64,000 nt of DNA, from positions 32,001-96,000 of IMG/VR virus record IMGVR_UViG_3300036784_000146, one strand, 5' to 3'. Below, piece after piece: positions 36,183-46,500 of the stretch (position 1 is its first letter; each line of letters begins with the position of its first letter). The notes beneath the pieces are model-generated. The model ran no database searches. It saw nothing but the letters and a program-made list of their open reading frames with translations, and was not told where the DNA came from. The translations under genes and the position numbers were made by a program. The stretch comes from a virus (Duplodnaviria > Caudoviricetes).

Positions 36183-37748
36183 ATGACCAACCCGTCGTCG
36201 GCCATCGACTTCAGTCGGTACCTGCCGCCCGGTGTGTACGTCAATCCACAGCCTGGGCCGCAGCTGGCTGTCAACTCAAGCCTGCCGACGGCAGTTGGCC
36301 TGTTCGGGGTGGCGATCGGCTTTCGGACTTTCATCGAGTCGGTCATCATCAACCCCGACACCAACGGCACGACACCGGCGGTCAACCGCACGCTAGCCAA
36401 CCAGGGCATCAACACCGCCACCATCCAGGTGACCGACCCCAACACGGGCCAGATCTATGTGTTGGGCACTGATTACACCATCGTTAACGTGGGCGGCACT
36501 GTGGGCACCAGCAATGCGCTGACCACGATCAGCCGGGTGATCGCCGGTGGCCACATCAACGCGGGGTCAACGGTCCAGGTCGCCTATGAGTTCACCGACC
36601 CGACCTACTACGACGCCAAACTCTTCTACACCTACCGCGACATCGTCACCGCCTTCGGCGCCCCGTACAACCTGACCACCGGCGCCATCCAGTCCGAGTT
36701 GACTCTGGCCGCGCAGTTCGCTTTCCTCAACGGCGCCTACCAGATCGTGTGCGCGCCGGTGCACCCAACCACCCCGGGGAATCCCACCACTGGCGACTAC
36801 AACGACGCCTTGGCCAAGCTGGCGGACAACGGCCTGGTCGGCATTATCGTGCCTTGCACCGGCCAGCAGCCGCTGCAGCAGCTGGTCCAGGAGCACGTGG
36901 ACCAACAGTCGGCCAACCGCTTTGAGCGCCGGGCGATCATGGGCATGGACGGCACCGGCACGGCCGTTCCCTCTGGTCAGCGCATGACCAACGCGATGGA
37001 GTTGACCGACCAGCGGATCATGTTGCTCTCGCCAGCAACGTTCACCTACTTCTCGACCGAGCTGAACAACGATGTCACAGTTGGCGCCCAATTCATGGCG
37101 GCCTCACTGGCCGGGATGGCGATGCAGTTGAGCTGGGCGATGCCGCTCACGCGCAAGCTGCCTACCGGCTGGACGGACATCCCCGAGGTCGAGCCCGAAG
37201 CCCAGAAGAATCTGGAAACTGAGAACGGCCTATGCGTCATCGAGAAGACGCGCCGTCAACAGATCCAGGTCCGGCACGGGGTGACCACCGACAACATCGA
37301 CATGTTGCATCGGGAATGGTCGATCATAGGCCAACAGGATGCAATGGTTTATCGTTTGCGGGACTACCTCGAAAACGCAAACTTAATCGGTCAGCCTATT
37401 TACGACTACACGCTCGTGAATGTGAAGGCATCTGCTGAAGCTGCACTTCAGAGCCTTAGACGCGACGGACTAATGGTCGACTATTACGGCCTTGCGGCCC
37501 GACAATTGTTGACCAACCCGGACGTTATCGAGATTAGCTACAGCTGGCTGCCCGCGTTCCCATTGAATTACATTGTGGTCACGTTCAACATCAGCCTGAC
37601 CTCCGGCGACGTCACCCAGCAGGGCACGACCAGCAACATCGCCAACTCGACGAACACTTCGACGACTGGAAGTGCGACCATCACGGCCCCGGCCAGTTCG
37701 TCGACGACCGACTTCGGCGGTCCGTCCAACACGCTGCAGCACACCTAA
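36183..37748 (+). CDS. contractile tail sheath protein
   Basis: YLPPGVY N-terminus, AF.NGA, PLTRK, VRHGVTT and Y..LPAFPLNYIVVTF C-terminus. Confidence 0.9.
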   Translation: MTNPSSAIDFSRYLPPGVYVNPQPGPQLAVNSSLPTAVGLFGVAIGFRTFIESVIINPDTNGTTPAVNRTLANQGINTATIQVTDPNTGQIYVLGTDYTIVNVGGTVGTSNALTTISRVIAGGHINAGSTVQVAYEFTDPTYYDAKLFYTYRDIVTAFGAPYNLTTGAIQSELTLAAQFAFLNGAYQIVCAPVHPTTPGNPTTGDYNDALAKLADNGLVGIIVPCTGQQPLQQLVQEHVDQQSANRFERRAIMGMDGTGTAVPSGQRMTNAMELTDQRIMLLSPATFTYFSTELNNDVTVGAQFMAASLAGMAMQLSWAMPLTRKLPTGWTDIPEVEPEAQKNLETENGLCVIEKTRRQQIQVRHGVTTDNIDMLHREWSIIGQQDAMVYRLRDYLENANLIGQPIYDYTLVNVKASAEAALQSLRRDGLMVDYYGLAARQLLTNPDVIEISYSWLPAFPLNYIVVTFNISLTSGDVTQQGTTSNIANSTNTSTTGSATITAPASSSTTDFGGPSNTLQHT

Positions 37749-37760
37749 TAAGGAGGAGAT

Positions 37761-38231
37761 GTGGCTCCATCGTTAACCCGTGTAGGTGGCTCTGGGTTTA
37801 CCACCATGATGTACCAGGGCCTTCGCATGGCGATGCTGCAGGTCATCAACGACACGCAGCCCACTCCGGTGGCGGCCGCCCAAGCCATCCAGCCCATCGA
37901 CGAGTCGGTGCCTATCGAGATCGTGACCGCCCAGGCCGTCGGCGTCGGCACGATGCGAGGAACTTTCTACGAGCTGTGGAACCAGCCGGTCTGGCAGGCG
38001 CTCCCCGGCTTGGCGGGCACCTGGACACTGCTCGACATCCTGCAACGGCAGACCAGCTTGGGCTCGGTCACGATGCAGAAGGTCATCAAGAGCCCGACCG
38101 GCATCATGCGCTCGCTGGTCTACCACGCCACCCAGATCACCGACGTGGATGCGGGCGAGAACATCACGATCGGGACGATGTCCCTGCCGAAGACCATTAC
38201 CTGGCAGTACTGCTACAGCTCGAACGTCTAA
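37761..38231 (+). CDS. tail tube protein
   Basis: 156 aa directly after the sheath; RVGGSGFT, ELWN.PVW and E.I.IGTM..PK.IT..Y motifs. Confidence 0.75.
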   Translation: MAPSLTRVGGSGFTTMMYQGLRMAMLQVINDTQPTPVAAAQAIQPIDESVPIEIVTAQAVGVGTMRGTFYELWNQPVWQALPGLAGTWTLLDILQRQTSLGSVTMQKVIKSPTGIMRSLVYHATQITDVDAGENITIGTMSLPKTITWQYCYSSNV

Positions 38232-38240
38232 GGAGGCACC

Positions 38241-38504
38241 ATGGGACTGGGCATCGTCCGGCAAGCAGATCAATACGGGTTGGATGACGGCGTGCACGCG
38301 CCGGGAGAGTACGAAGCTCCTCCCGAGATCGATCCAGCCGAATCTCGGCGTCCACAGCACCAGCAGCAGCCGTCGTCGCCTTCCCCGTCTCCTGCTCCGT
38401 CGGTGATGGCGCAGCGCATGGGTCCACGCATCCAGGCGGGCACGATGGAGCGTGTTTCACGTGAAACATCGGCACCGATCCTGCCACCTGGTCTGGGGGG
38501 CTGA
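38241..38504 (+). CDS. hypothetical protein (87 aa) containing the parS site
   Basis: AAGGAGG RBS; stop overlaps the next start. Confidence 0.55.
   Translation: MGLGIVRQADQYGLDDGVHAPGEYEAPPEIDPAESRRPQHQQQPSSPSPSPAPSVMAQRMGPRIQAGTMERVSRETSAPILPPGLGG
38453..38468. promoter_or_regulatory. parS: parS centromere-like site
   Basis: Perfect 16-bp palindrome TGTTTCACGTGAAACA, identical to the bacterial chromosomal parS consensus. Confidence 0.85.
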
Positions 38505-39241
38505 TGTCTGGTCGTCGTCTACATCCCGACCCAGCTATGGCTCAGCCAATCACCGAGCTGATCGACCCCGCGCTGGCTCAGCCCGTGGCGCCCAGTGGTT
38601 CCCAGATGGGTCCTCCTCCGGGCCAGAACCCTGGCACAGGGCCCCAGATCGGCACGCCGCCCATGGTGCACCCCGCCATGATCCAGGCCCAGCAGGACGC
38701 AGCTGCGGCCGCTCAAGGCATCCCTGGTTTCCAACCGGCCAGCGAACCGTTCATGAAGTTCCACGACGACGACCAGCCCGGGTACGAGGCGGGTGCGGAG
38801 GCGGCACCCCAGCAGGTCGCTGAGCCCGAGCAGATCACCGAGCTGACCCCAGCCGAGCGCCAGGAGTTCTCCGACATCCTCACCATCGGGCGCCGGTCCA
38901 AGCAGATCGATGTCTACGGGCATCCGGTGTTCGTCGAGAACCTCTCCGTCGGAGACGACAAGCTCATCGGCAAGTACTGCAGGGAGTTCCAGGGATCGCC
39001 TCCGGCGGATTCGCGGTCCTACCAGATCGCCGTAGTGGCCTGTGGTGTTCGCACCATCGACGGCCAGGCGCTCTACCAGAGCCTGTCTCCGGACGAGGAC
39101 CCTGACGCCGCCTTCCAGGCGAAGGTGGCCAAGATCGAGAAGCTCTACCCGCCAGTGGTCAGCAAGATCTACCGCGCGATCCAGGACCTCGACCTAGAGT
39201 TCGCCGAGCTGGAAGCCAAACTGGTAAAAGCAAGAGGCTAG
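38504..39241 (+). CDS. tail assembly chaperone (gpG-like)
   Basis: Between tube and tape measure; slippery G GTA AAA G near the 3' end. Confidence 0.7.
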   Translation: MSGRRLHPDPAMAQPITELIDPALAQPVAPSGSQMGPPPGQNPGTGPQIGTPPMVHPAMIQAQQDAAAAAQGIPGFQPASEPFMKFHDDDQPGYEAGAEAAPQQVAEPEQITELTPAERQEFSDILTIGRRSKQIDVYGHPVFVENLSVGDDKLIGKYCREFQGSPPADSRSYQIAVVACGVRTIDGQALYQSLSPDEDPDAAFQAKVAKIEKLYPPVVSKIYRAIQDLDLEFAELEAKLVKARG

Positions 39242-39636
39242 ACGCGGGAGCTGAGTTGGAAGTGCGTCTAGCCTATGAAAAGGGTTTGCTGACTCGGAGA
39301 AACGTCACCAGGATACAGCATTGGGCTTTGCTGTACTGGTTATACATGGAGCGCCGGATTAAGCAGGCGGACCAGCGTGCCTACCTCATCCAGCAAACTC
39401 TCAACCTGAATCCTGACCAGTGGGAAGCGCTGGGCTACCGCGACGAGATGCTGAAGATGCTCGGCATCACCGAGGAGGAGCAGCAGTCCGAGGAGGGCGT
39501 GCCCTTCACTCCCGAGGACGAGGACGCCATCGAGCAGTTCATGCGCCAGCAGGACCAGATTGCGGCCAAGCGCTGGATCTCGGCCGGGATGCTGCCACCG
39601 GACTTCGTCCCTGACACCCAGGGGACGCCCGTCTAA
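39223..39636 (+). CDS. tail assembly chaperone -1 frameshift extension (gpGT-like)
   Basis: The -1 frame is open from GGT AAA AGC (GKSKRLDAGAELEVRLAYEKG...) to the stop at 39636. Confidence 0.65.
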   Translation, partial: GKSKRLDAGAELEVRLAYEKGLLTRRNVTRIQHWALLYWLYMERRIKQADQRAYLIQQTLNLNPDQWEALGYRDEMLKMLGITEEEQQSEEGVPFTPEDEDAIEQFMRQQDQIAAKRWISAGMLPPDFVPDTQGTPV

Positions 39637-42086
39637 TGACCACTGGGGGCAACGAGTTTCTTTCGGCGAGGATCGACTTCGAGATCCCGCAAGAGGCAAT
39701 GAGCCAAATGCGCGAGTTCAACAACGAACTTGAGCGTACGAGAGTCAACTCTGAGTCGGCCGCGCGCGGCGTGGACAGCTTCATGCGCTACATCGACCTG
39801 ATGAACGCCGCGCAGGAGCGCACGATCCAGACCAGCCGCAACCTGGCCGCCAACCTGGAACGGATCCTGCAGATCCAGGAGCGCGCCGGGCAGGCAGAGG
39901 CTGGTACTGCCGTGCCCCAGCAGTACACCGCTCCCTGGTCGGGAGGCGCCGAAGGGATGGGCGGCCCGCACCGCGACGTCCGTCCGCTGCCGACCACCGT
40001 CCCCGCCGTCGGTGGCTCGCAGGCCGAGTTCGACCACCTGATGGCCAACGACCCGCGCGCCTACCTCAACGCCCGAGCGGCGTGGGGTGGTCGCCAGCCC
40101 GGCGAGCAGATGCCTCCTGTGTCGATCTCGGACCAGTCCCTGGACAGGCTGGCACGCACCATCGCTGGCCGCGACCACGACCAGCAGGTGCAGGAGGCCA
40201 AGTCGACGCCTCCCTCTCCGGGCCCGGGCGACGGCGGCCTGGGCGGAGGCCGAGGAGGACCACCTTCTCCGAAGCCCGGCCAAGCCCCCTGGGAGGCCTG
40301 GCGTAACCGTGCCGCGCAGTGGACCGGAGCGGCTGGGACCGTCATGAGCGGCCTGGGGATGGGCGGCAGCATGAGCGGCATGCTCGGCGCGGCCGGACGC
40401 GCCATGCAGGGCTGGGGAGCTGCTCGTCAGCGGCAGGATGGCGCCATCGGCGAAGGTCCCGGTTCGACGGTTCCCCGTCCCCGCAGGGGAGGTAGTGGCG
40501 GCACCTCCCCATCGGTGCCCACCGAGGGGGAGACCGAAGAGGGCGGCAATGCGGGCGAGGATGAGGGCGCAGGCAGCCTGAGCCTGGGTCAAGCTGCGGG
40601 GATGGGTGGTGCTGCCCTGGGCGTCGGCCTGGGTGTCTTCGGCGCCATCCAGAAGGGCGGCCAGGAGGTCCAGCGCTACCGCAATCTGGGCTCGATTCGA
40701 GGCGGTGGCTTCGGCGAGGGCTTCGGCTACGAGATGCAGGCTCGCATGATGGCGATGAACCCGTTTATCACCACCGAGCAGTCGCGCCAGATCATGCAGA
40801 GCGCGCTGACCCAGGGCTACACCGGCAAGGAGTTCGACACCGTCACCCAGTTCATGGCCAACAACCTCAAGGAAATGAACATGTCGGTGGCCGAGTCCTC
40901 CAAACTGCTGCAGAAGTCCGCGCAAAACAGCAACGAATCCATCCAATCGATGGCCGAGAACCTCGAACACAATATGACCTCGATGAAGGACCTTTCCAAG
41001 ACCGGCTACAACACGCTGCCTTACCGCCAAGAGGCTTACGAGCAGGTCTATGGTGCTGCCCTACAGAGTGGGGCTAACCCCCAGGCTGCCGGTCGTGAGG
41101 GCCTTATCGCAGGTCAAGAGTTTTCAGACATGCCCGGAATGAAAGGGGTCGGCCCGGCCCTGGATCAGGCTGCCATCAACAACCCCAACTTCGGCTACAT
41201 GATGATGCAATTCGGGGGCGCCAACGGCGGCCCGATGCGTGTCCCCGGTGCCAATATGGGCGACCCGGGATCCATTGCCGAAGCGTTGCAAAATTCGGGT
41301 CAATTCAACGAGGCGAAATGGCGCACCCTGAAGAGAATTGCGGGAATGTCGCCGAACGTCGGCGTCTTCCAACGTCTGGTGGGGACGATGCTGGGAGTAC
41401 ACCTCGACCGTGCTCAGGCCAAGAACCTCTACCAGGCCGCCAAGGCAGTGGGTACCGGTACCGACTTCGACCCCCTGAAGTCCGCGAAAGACGTTCAGCA
41501 ACAGGACGACAAGGAGGCCAAGAAGCGCCGTCAGGTCTGGGGCGAGGAGCACATGCGAGCCGACATGGGCGGTCCCCTCGGACTGGGGAACGCCTTCGGC
41601 GGTAACGCTCAGATCACTCCCGACCAGGCCGAGAGGTACGCCAAAGAACACGGCTACTCAGGTCGCAGCGAGGGTAGCGAGATCGAAGACCAGGTTATGC
41701 AGGCCTATGGGGGCATGCCCATTGAGGTGGGCTCGGCCGACAAGGGTTGGAAGGCTTTCGATCCCTCCAACCAGGACATGATCCGCGACCTGAAGAGCGG
41801 CAAGATGCGTATCCGCGAACGCGGGGACCAGGGGCCAGGTGACGCGATCTCCGACCTTCCCGGCTCGGGGAAGGGCAAAGGAGGGATGGGTGGCGCCGGT
41901 AACCAGGTGCACGGTCAGCTGCAGATCACCGTGCACCCGGCCAACATGCGCAGCGTGCTTAATGTGCCCTCGTTCATCCCCCTCACCGCCAACGAGCAGG
42001 CCGCTAACTCGGGCTACGGCAACGCCACCAAGAACAACCCGCCGCCGGGCGACGGAATCACCTCGCGTGGGGCCAGGGGTGGCTGA
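39636..42086 (+). CDS. tape measure protein
   Basis: 816 aa, Ala/Gly/Gln-rich and helical; follows the frameshifted chaperone. Confidence 0.7.
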   Translation: MTTGGNEFLSARIDFEIPQEAMSQMREFNNELERTRVNSESAARGVDSFMRYIDLMNAAQERTIQTSRNLAANLERILQIQERAGQAEAGTAVPQQYTAPWSGGAEGMGGPHRDVRPLPTTVPAVGGSQAEFDHLMANDPRAYLNARAAWGGRQPGEQMPPVSISDQSLDRLARTIAGRDHDQQVQEAKSTPPSPGPGDGGLGGGRGGPPSPKPGQAPWEAWRNRAAQWTGAAGTVMSGLGMGGSMSGMLGAAGRAMQGWGAARQRQDGAIGEGPGSTVPRPRRGGSGGTSPSVPTEGETEEGGNAGEDEGAGSLSLGQAAGMGGAALGVGLGVFGAIQKGGQEVQRYRNLGSIRGGGFGEGFGYEMQARMMAMNPFITTEQSRQIMQSALTQGYTGKEFDTVTQFMANNLKEMNMSVAESSKLLQKSAQNSNESIQSMAENLEHNMTSMKDLSKTGYNTLPYRQEAYEQVYGAALQSGANPQAAGREGLIAGQEFSDMPGMKGVGPALDQAAINNPNFGYMMMQFGGANGGPMRVPGANMGDPGSIAEALQNSGQFNEAKWRTLKRIAGMSPNVGVFQRLVGTMLGVHLDRAQAKNLYQAAKAVGTGTDFDPLKSAKDVQQQDDKEAKKRRQVWGEEHMRADMGGPLGLGNAFGGNAQITPDQAERYAKEHGYSGRSEGSEIEDQVMQAYGGMPIEVGSADKGWKAFDPSNQDMIRDLKSGKMRIRERGDQGPGDAISDLPGSGKGKGGMGGAGNQVHGQLQITVHPANMRSVLNVPSFIPLTANEQAANSGYGNATKNNPPPGDGITSRGARGG

Positions 42087-42856
42087 TGGGTAGTCCATTC
42101 CAAAACCCCAGCGTCCTGGGGGCTCAGGCCCAGCCTCTGCTGGCCTTCCCGCAGCTGCCGATGACGGCACCGCACAGCTACTCAAGCAACGAGTTCAGCA
42201 CGGTCTCACGAGGTATCGCTTCGCTGGCCTTCGGTGGCCGTACCTGGCGCTTCCGGACCAACCCCAATTCGGTGCGGTTCTCCTACCAGCTCAACACCCA
42301 CATCGAGCAGACCTTCGGCGGACGGGTGTGCCAAATCCTGTCCTGCAAGATCGAGGACCTGGTTGTGGTGGTCGAGGCCGGAAGTGCGGGCTGGGCCTAC
42401 GCCGCTAACTTGGCGCTGTTCCTTCGTGACTTCTTGGACTACCAGCGCAACCCGTCGGCGCCGCCGGGCAACTTCGTCTACACCACACGCAACTGGAACT
42501 TCCAGGTCTACCAGCTGTCGATTCCGTTCCAGGATCAGGTGCAGGCCACGGTGCGCCCGCTCGAACTGCACTTCAAGGTCCAGGAAGACGTTTCCGGCGT
42601 GGTGTCCGGCGCGATCCTGGACGCCACCCTGGCCGCGCTGCAGGACGGCGTCGGCTGGCGGCGCGACCAGTACAACAGCGGTTCTGCTGCCATCTACGGC
42701 ACGTACAACGGGCCCAACGCCGGTTCGTCCACCCCGGGGCAACCGACCATCCAGAGCGTGGCCAACGGGGCTGCCAGCTCGCTGGGGCTGCCTGGCCTCA
42801 ACAACCTCAACAACGCGCCGTCCTCGTCCACAGCCCCGCCCGTCCTCAGCGCCTAA
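42086..42856 (+). CDS. baseplate/tail tube initiator-like protein
   Basis: FRTNPNSV.FSY...QTFGGRV.Q motif; synteny. Confidence 0.55.
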   Translation: MGSPFQNPSVLGAQAQPLLAFPQLPMTAPHSYSSNEFSTVSRGIASLAFGGRTWRFRTNPNSVRFSYQLNTHIEQTFGGRVCQILSCKIEDLVVVVEAGSAGWAYAANLALFLRDFLDYQRNPSAPPGNFVYTTRNWNFQVYQLSIPFQDQVQATVRPLELHFKVQEDVSGVVSGAILDATLAALQDGVGWRRDQYNSGSAAIYGTYNGPNAGSSTPGQPTIQSVANGAASSLGLPGLNNLNNAPSSSTAPPVLSA

Positions 42857-42865
42857 GGAGAGATC

Positions 42866-43036
42866 ATGGCCTACGCATCTAACTGCCCCGTCTCGCGGCC
42901 CAACCCGCTGCCCCATTTTCCGCCGGACGTCGACCTTAACGGCATCGGGTTCAGCTACGACATCGGGCTGTTGTATCCCGTCAACTCCGATGGCTCCGAC
43001 GACAAGTTCGTAGTGCCCGCAGTGCAGCCGCGATGA
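42866..43036 (+). CDS. 56 aa hypothetical protein
   Basis: AAGGAG RBS; stop overlaps the next ATG. Confidence 0.55.
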   Translation: MAYASNCPVSRPNPLPHFPPDVDLNGIGFSYDIGLLYPVNSDGSDDKFVVPAVQPR

Positions 43037-43572
43037 GCCAGCTCGTCATCACGACCACCTATGCAGGGACGTTCACCATGAACGTCCTGCAGTTCTCTGC
43101 GCCGATGTTCGGCACGATGATGAGCGGGCAGACCAAGAAGAAGATCGTCTACTTCCCGATCAAGGCTCAGCAGCCCCAGCTGGAACTGGAAGTCATCTTT
43201 GCCAGCGTGGCCGACTACAACGGCTTTCAGGCCTTTGTGCGCGCTACCCAGCTCAATGCGCTCACCAACGACATCGAGCCCGGCGTCACGCTGACCTGGC
43301 CCCAGCGCAACATCCTCAACTGGACCGGAGTCATCCGAAACTTCCAGGCCGGTGGAGAGCGCTTTGTCTACGCACCCAAGGCCAGGTTCGTCATCGACCT
43401 CATTGACTGCTTCGTTTCCTCGCGGACGACGATCGCCTCGCAGGCGCCGATCTTCGACACGGTCTACGGCCTGGGCAGCCCCGACGGAGTGATGAAGATA
43501 CCGACCCCTCCGGTGAGCGGCCAACCTGGCACCGTGGTGACACCCCTACCGGGGGCGGTGACGAACGCGTGA
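43033..43572 (+). CDS. baseplate-region structural protein
   Basis: Synteny; translational coupling on both sides. Confidence 0.55.
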   Translation: MSQLVITTTYAGTFTMNVLQFSAPMFGTMMSGQTKKKIVYFPIKAQQPQLELEVIFASVADYNGFQAFVRATQLNALTNDIEPGVTLTWPQRNILNWTGVIRNFQAGGERFVYAPKARFVIDLIDCFVSSRTTIASQAPIFDTVYGLGSPDGVMKIPTPPVSGQPGTVVTPLPGAVTNA

Positions 43573-46500
43573 CGATCTTGCCGGGCGACTCCTCGGGCAA
43601 CGGTAGCGGAACCCCCGGTATCTTTTCGCCAGCTGGCGCGGGCGACTACGTCCCGCTGCCCAATGCCCCTGTGAGCCCGTACAACAGCATCTTCCAGCAG
43701 GCCAACCACGTTTCCTCTCCGACCCCGGCCAACAACACGCTGGTCTACTCGCCGGACGTGCGCATCATCATCGCGCACAACTCGGTGCAGTACGACATCA
43801 GCAACGACCTGGTTCGCGGCACGCTGATCCGCAAGGAAAACTCCGCCTCGACGCTGATCTGGCAGTGCCACAACAAGAACCTGCGCTACACCAACAGCCT
43901 GATCAACAACGCGCCGATCTTCTCGCGTATGGACCGGATAGTTTGCTACATGAAGCGCGCCGGGACTTGGGTCCAGGTGTTCTCCGGCTACCTCGACAGC
44001 GTCCCGTACCTGCAGCTCTACCCCAGTATCGTGCAGTTCAAGGCGACCTGCACCCTCAAGCGGCTGTTGTGCTACTGGTGGAATCCCGGGCTGCCGGAAT
44101 CTATCGCCATCTTCAACCAGTTCATGCAGGCCAGCACGGCCACCCAGGGTGACGGACAGGCTCAGCAGGGCACCTCAGGCAAGTATCAGGACACTGGCCT
44201 GGGCAACCTGTTGGCGGCGCTGCTCACCCAGGTGGGTCACTGGGCCCCTCCCACGGTGCACATCCAGAACTTCCCCAGCGGCTTCATGGACCTGCTGCAG
44301 CTTCAGATGCAGAACCAGCAGAAGAACCAGCGGTCCGCGCAGTGGTTCCAGCAGCTCATCGAGGGCAACGTCAGCGGTCCGGCGCCGGGCGCGGCCGCCT
44401 CGTACAACACTGGCGCCGGAGCCCCGGGCCCACAGTCGTCCGTTCCTGTTCCTGGTGGGGTAGGAGCGCCTAGTGCGGGTGGATCCGGTCAGGCCTTCTA
44501 CGTCCAAGAGATCGTGGCTGCCTGTGACGCTCTGGGCATGGGTCCCACCACCCAGAACCTCAACGTCGCGACCGGCTTGTCGCAGGCGGCGACCGTCGGT
44601 GAGGGGTCTCGTGATCAGGCCACTCAAACAGCCTTCCAGCAGACCCAGACGGTGGCCAAGAACTACCAGACCTCCTTGCTGAGTAGCGATGCAGCCATTC
44701 TGGGGGTCGCCACGGCGATCGTGGAGTCTAGCCTGCATAACTGGGCCAACCCAGGGGTTCCGGAGTCTCAGAACATCGCCAGCGACGGAAATCCTCCCAC
44801 CGGCGGCGACGGTCAATCCTGTGGCCTGTTCCAGCAGCAGGCGCAATACGGCTGGGGCACGGTAGCCCAGGAGATGAATCCGCGTCAGGCGGCCACTATG
44901 TTCTTCCAGCATCTGGCCACCTACGACTGGCGCAACCTCGACCCCGGCGTGGCGTGCTGGGATGTACAACGCGCGGCTAATCAAAGCAAGTATCAAGGGC
45001 TGATCGACGCGGCCATCCCGCAGGCCACTCAGCTGGTGCAGCAATACCGCAACGCCACGTCGTCTCCCGGCAGCAGCACCGTGTCCACAGCCACCGGCAG
45101 CCTTCCCACTCAGCAGGCCACGTCGCTGGCCAATACTCTGGGCAACTCTGGCACCGGTGCCATCAACTCGGCGACGGCCAGCCCGGGCCTCAACCCCAGC
45201 GTCATCCTCACCAGCGGCGGCTCTGCAGGCACCGGTGTCGGCGGCGGTCTTGGTGCTCCCACCGTCGGTGGAGCTACCGGCACCCGACCGAATCCCGACT
45301 CCGAGGGTGCCATTGCGTTCGCGGCCGCCCAGATCGGCAAGCCCTACATCTGGGGTGGCACGGGGCCCAACGGGTACGACTGCTCGGGCTTGTTGCAGGC
45401 GGCCTTTGCTTCGATCGGCGTGGCTATCGGCCGTGACACCTTCTCGCAAGCGACTCATGGTCAGCGCATCGCGCCGTCCAACATCCAGCGCGGGGATGCC
45501 ATGCAGTGTGATGGTGGCGGCCACACCATGCTGTGGCTCGGCGATGGCACCATCATCGAGGCCTCCACCGAGGGGGTGCCGATCCACCGGCGCCCCGCCT
45601 ACGTGTCGCCGTCCGGGGCCAGCGGGATCTTCCGGTACTGCCAGAATGGCGGCGCTATCCCGGGAGTCGGCGGGGCCATCACCGGCGCCCCCTACAACAA
45701 CCCGCAGATATCGGGCCCGGGTAATCCGCCATCGATCATTCTGGCTTCGCAAGGTTCGGTGGCCGGTGCGTCTGCCGGGGCGCTCCAAGAGCCGATCGCG
45801 CAGAACTTGTTCGCCTATATTTTCCAGCCGCAGACCTTCATCTCCGATACGGCGTTCATGTACTCGGCGGCCACCCCCGAGAAGGACTTCATCAACGCCC
45901 AGCCGCTGTTCCAGGCCGTTGCCTCGGTTGCTGCAGCCAGTCTCCGCAACTTCGCTAGCGCACCCAACGGGGACTTTATCGCCTACTATCCGGACTTTTT
46001 CGGCATGGATGGCAAACCGGCTGTCTTTTTGCTGGAAGACGTCGAGCTGAAGGATTTGACACTCAACTTCTCCGACGACTCGCTGGCCACTCACGTCTAC
46101 GTCAACGGCGACCTGTCCATGGTCGGCGAGATGGACGCCACCATGGGCTGGCTGCTGACGATGGGCTACGCCACCGTCGAGAACACCGCGCTCTTCCAGC
46201 GGATGCGGCTGGTGAGCCCCGGCGACCTGGAAAACATGACCGGCCAGGCGCTCATGGCGCGCTTCGGTGTGCGTCCCGTCCAGGTCACCCAGGCCATGGC
46301 CGGGACCGCCGAGTTGGAGTTCCTGCTGGCCGTGCGTCTCTTCATGGAGAAGTGGGCGGCCCAGTACCAGTCCTCGGTCGGCATGACCTTCATGCCGGAC
46401 CTCTTCCCGGGCATGAGGGTGCTCTTCGTCAACCACAGCCTGCAGGTCTATGTCCAGGAGGTCACCCACCACTTCGACTTCGAGCAGGGCTTCCAAACCG

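Noticed and set aside
38241-38290. GIVRQADQY as a third copy of the RQ.E.FAYRLA leader
   Set aside because: Only a partial match; lacks FAYRLA
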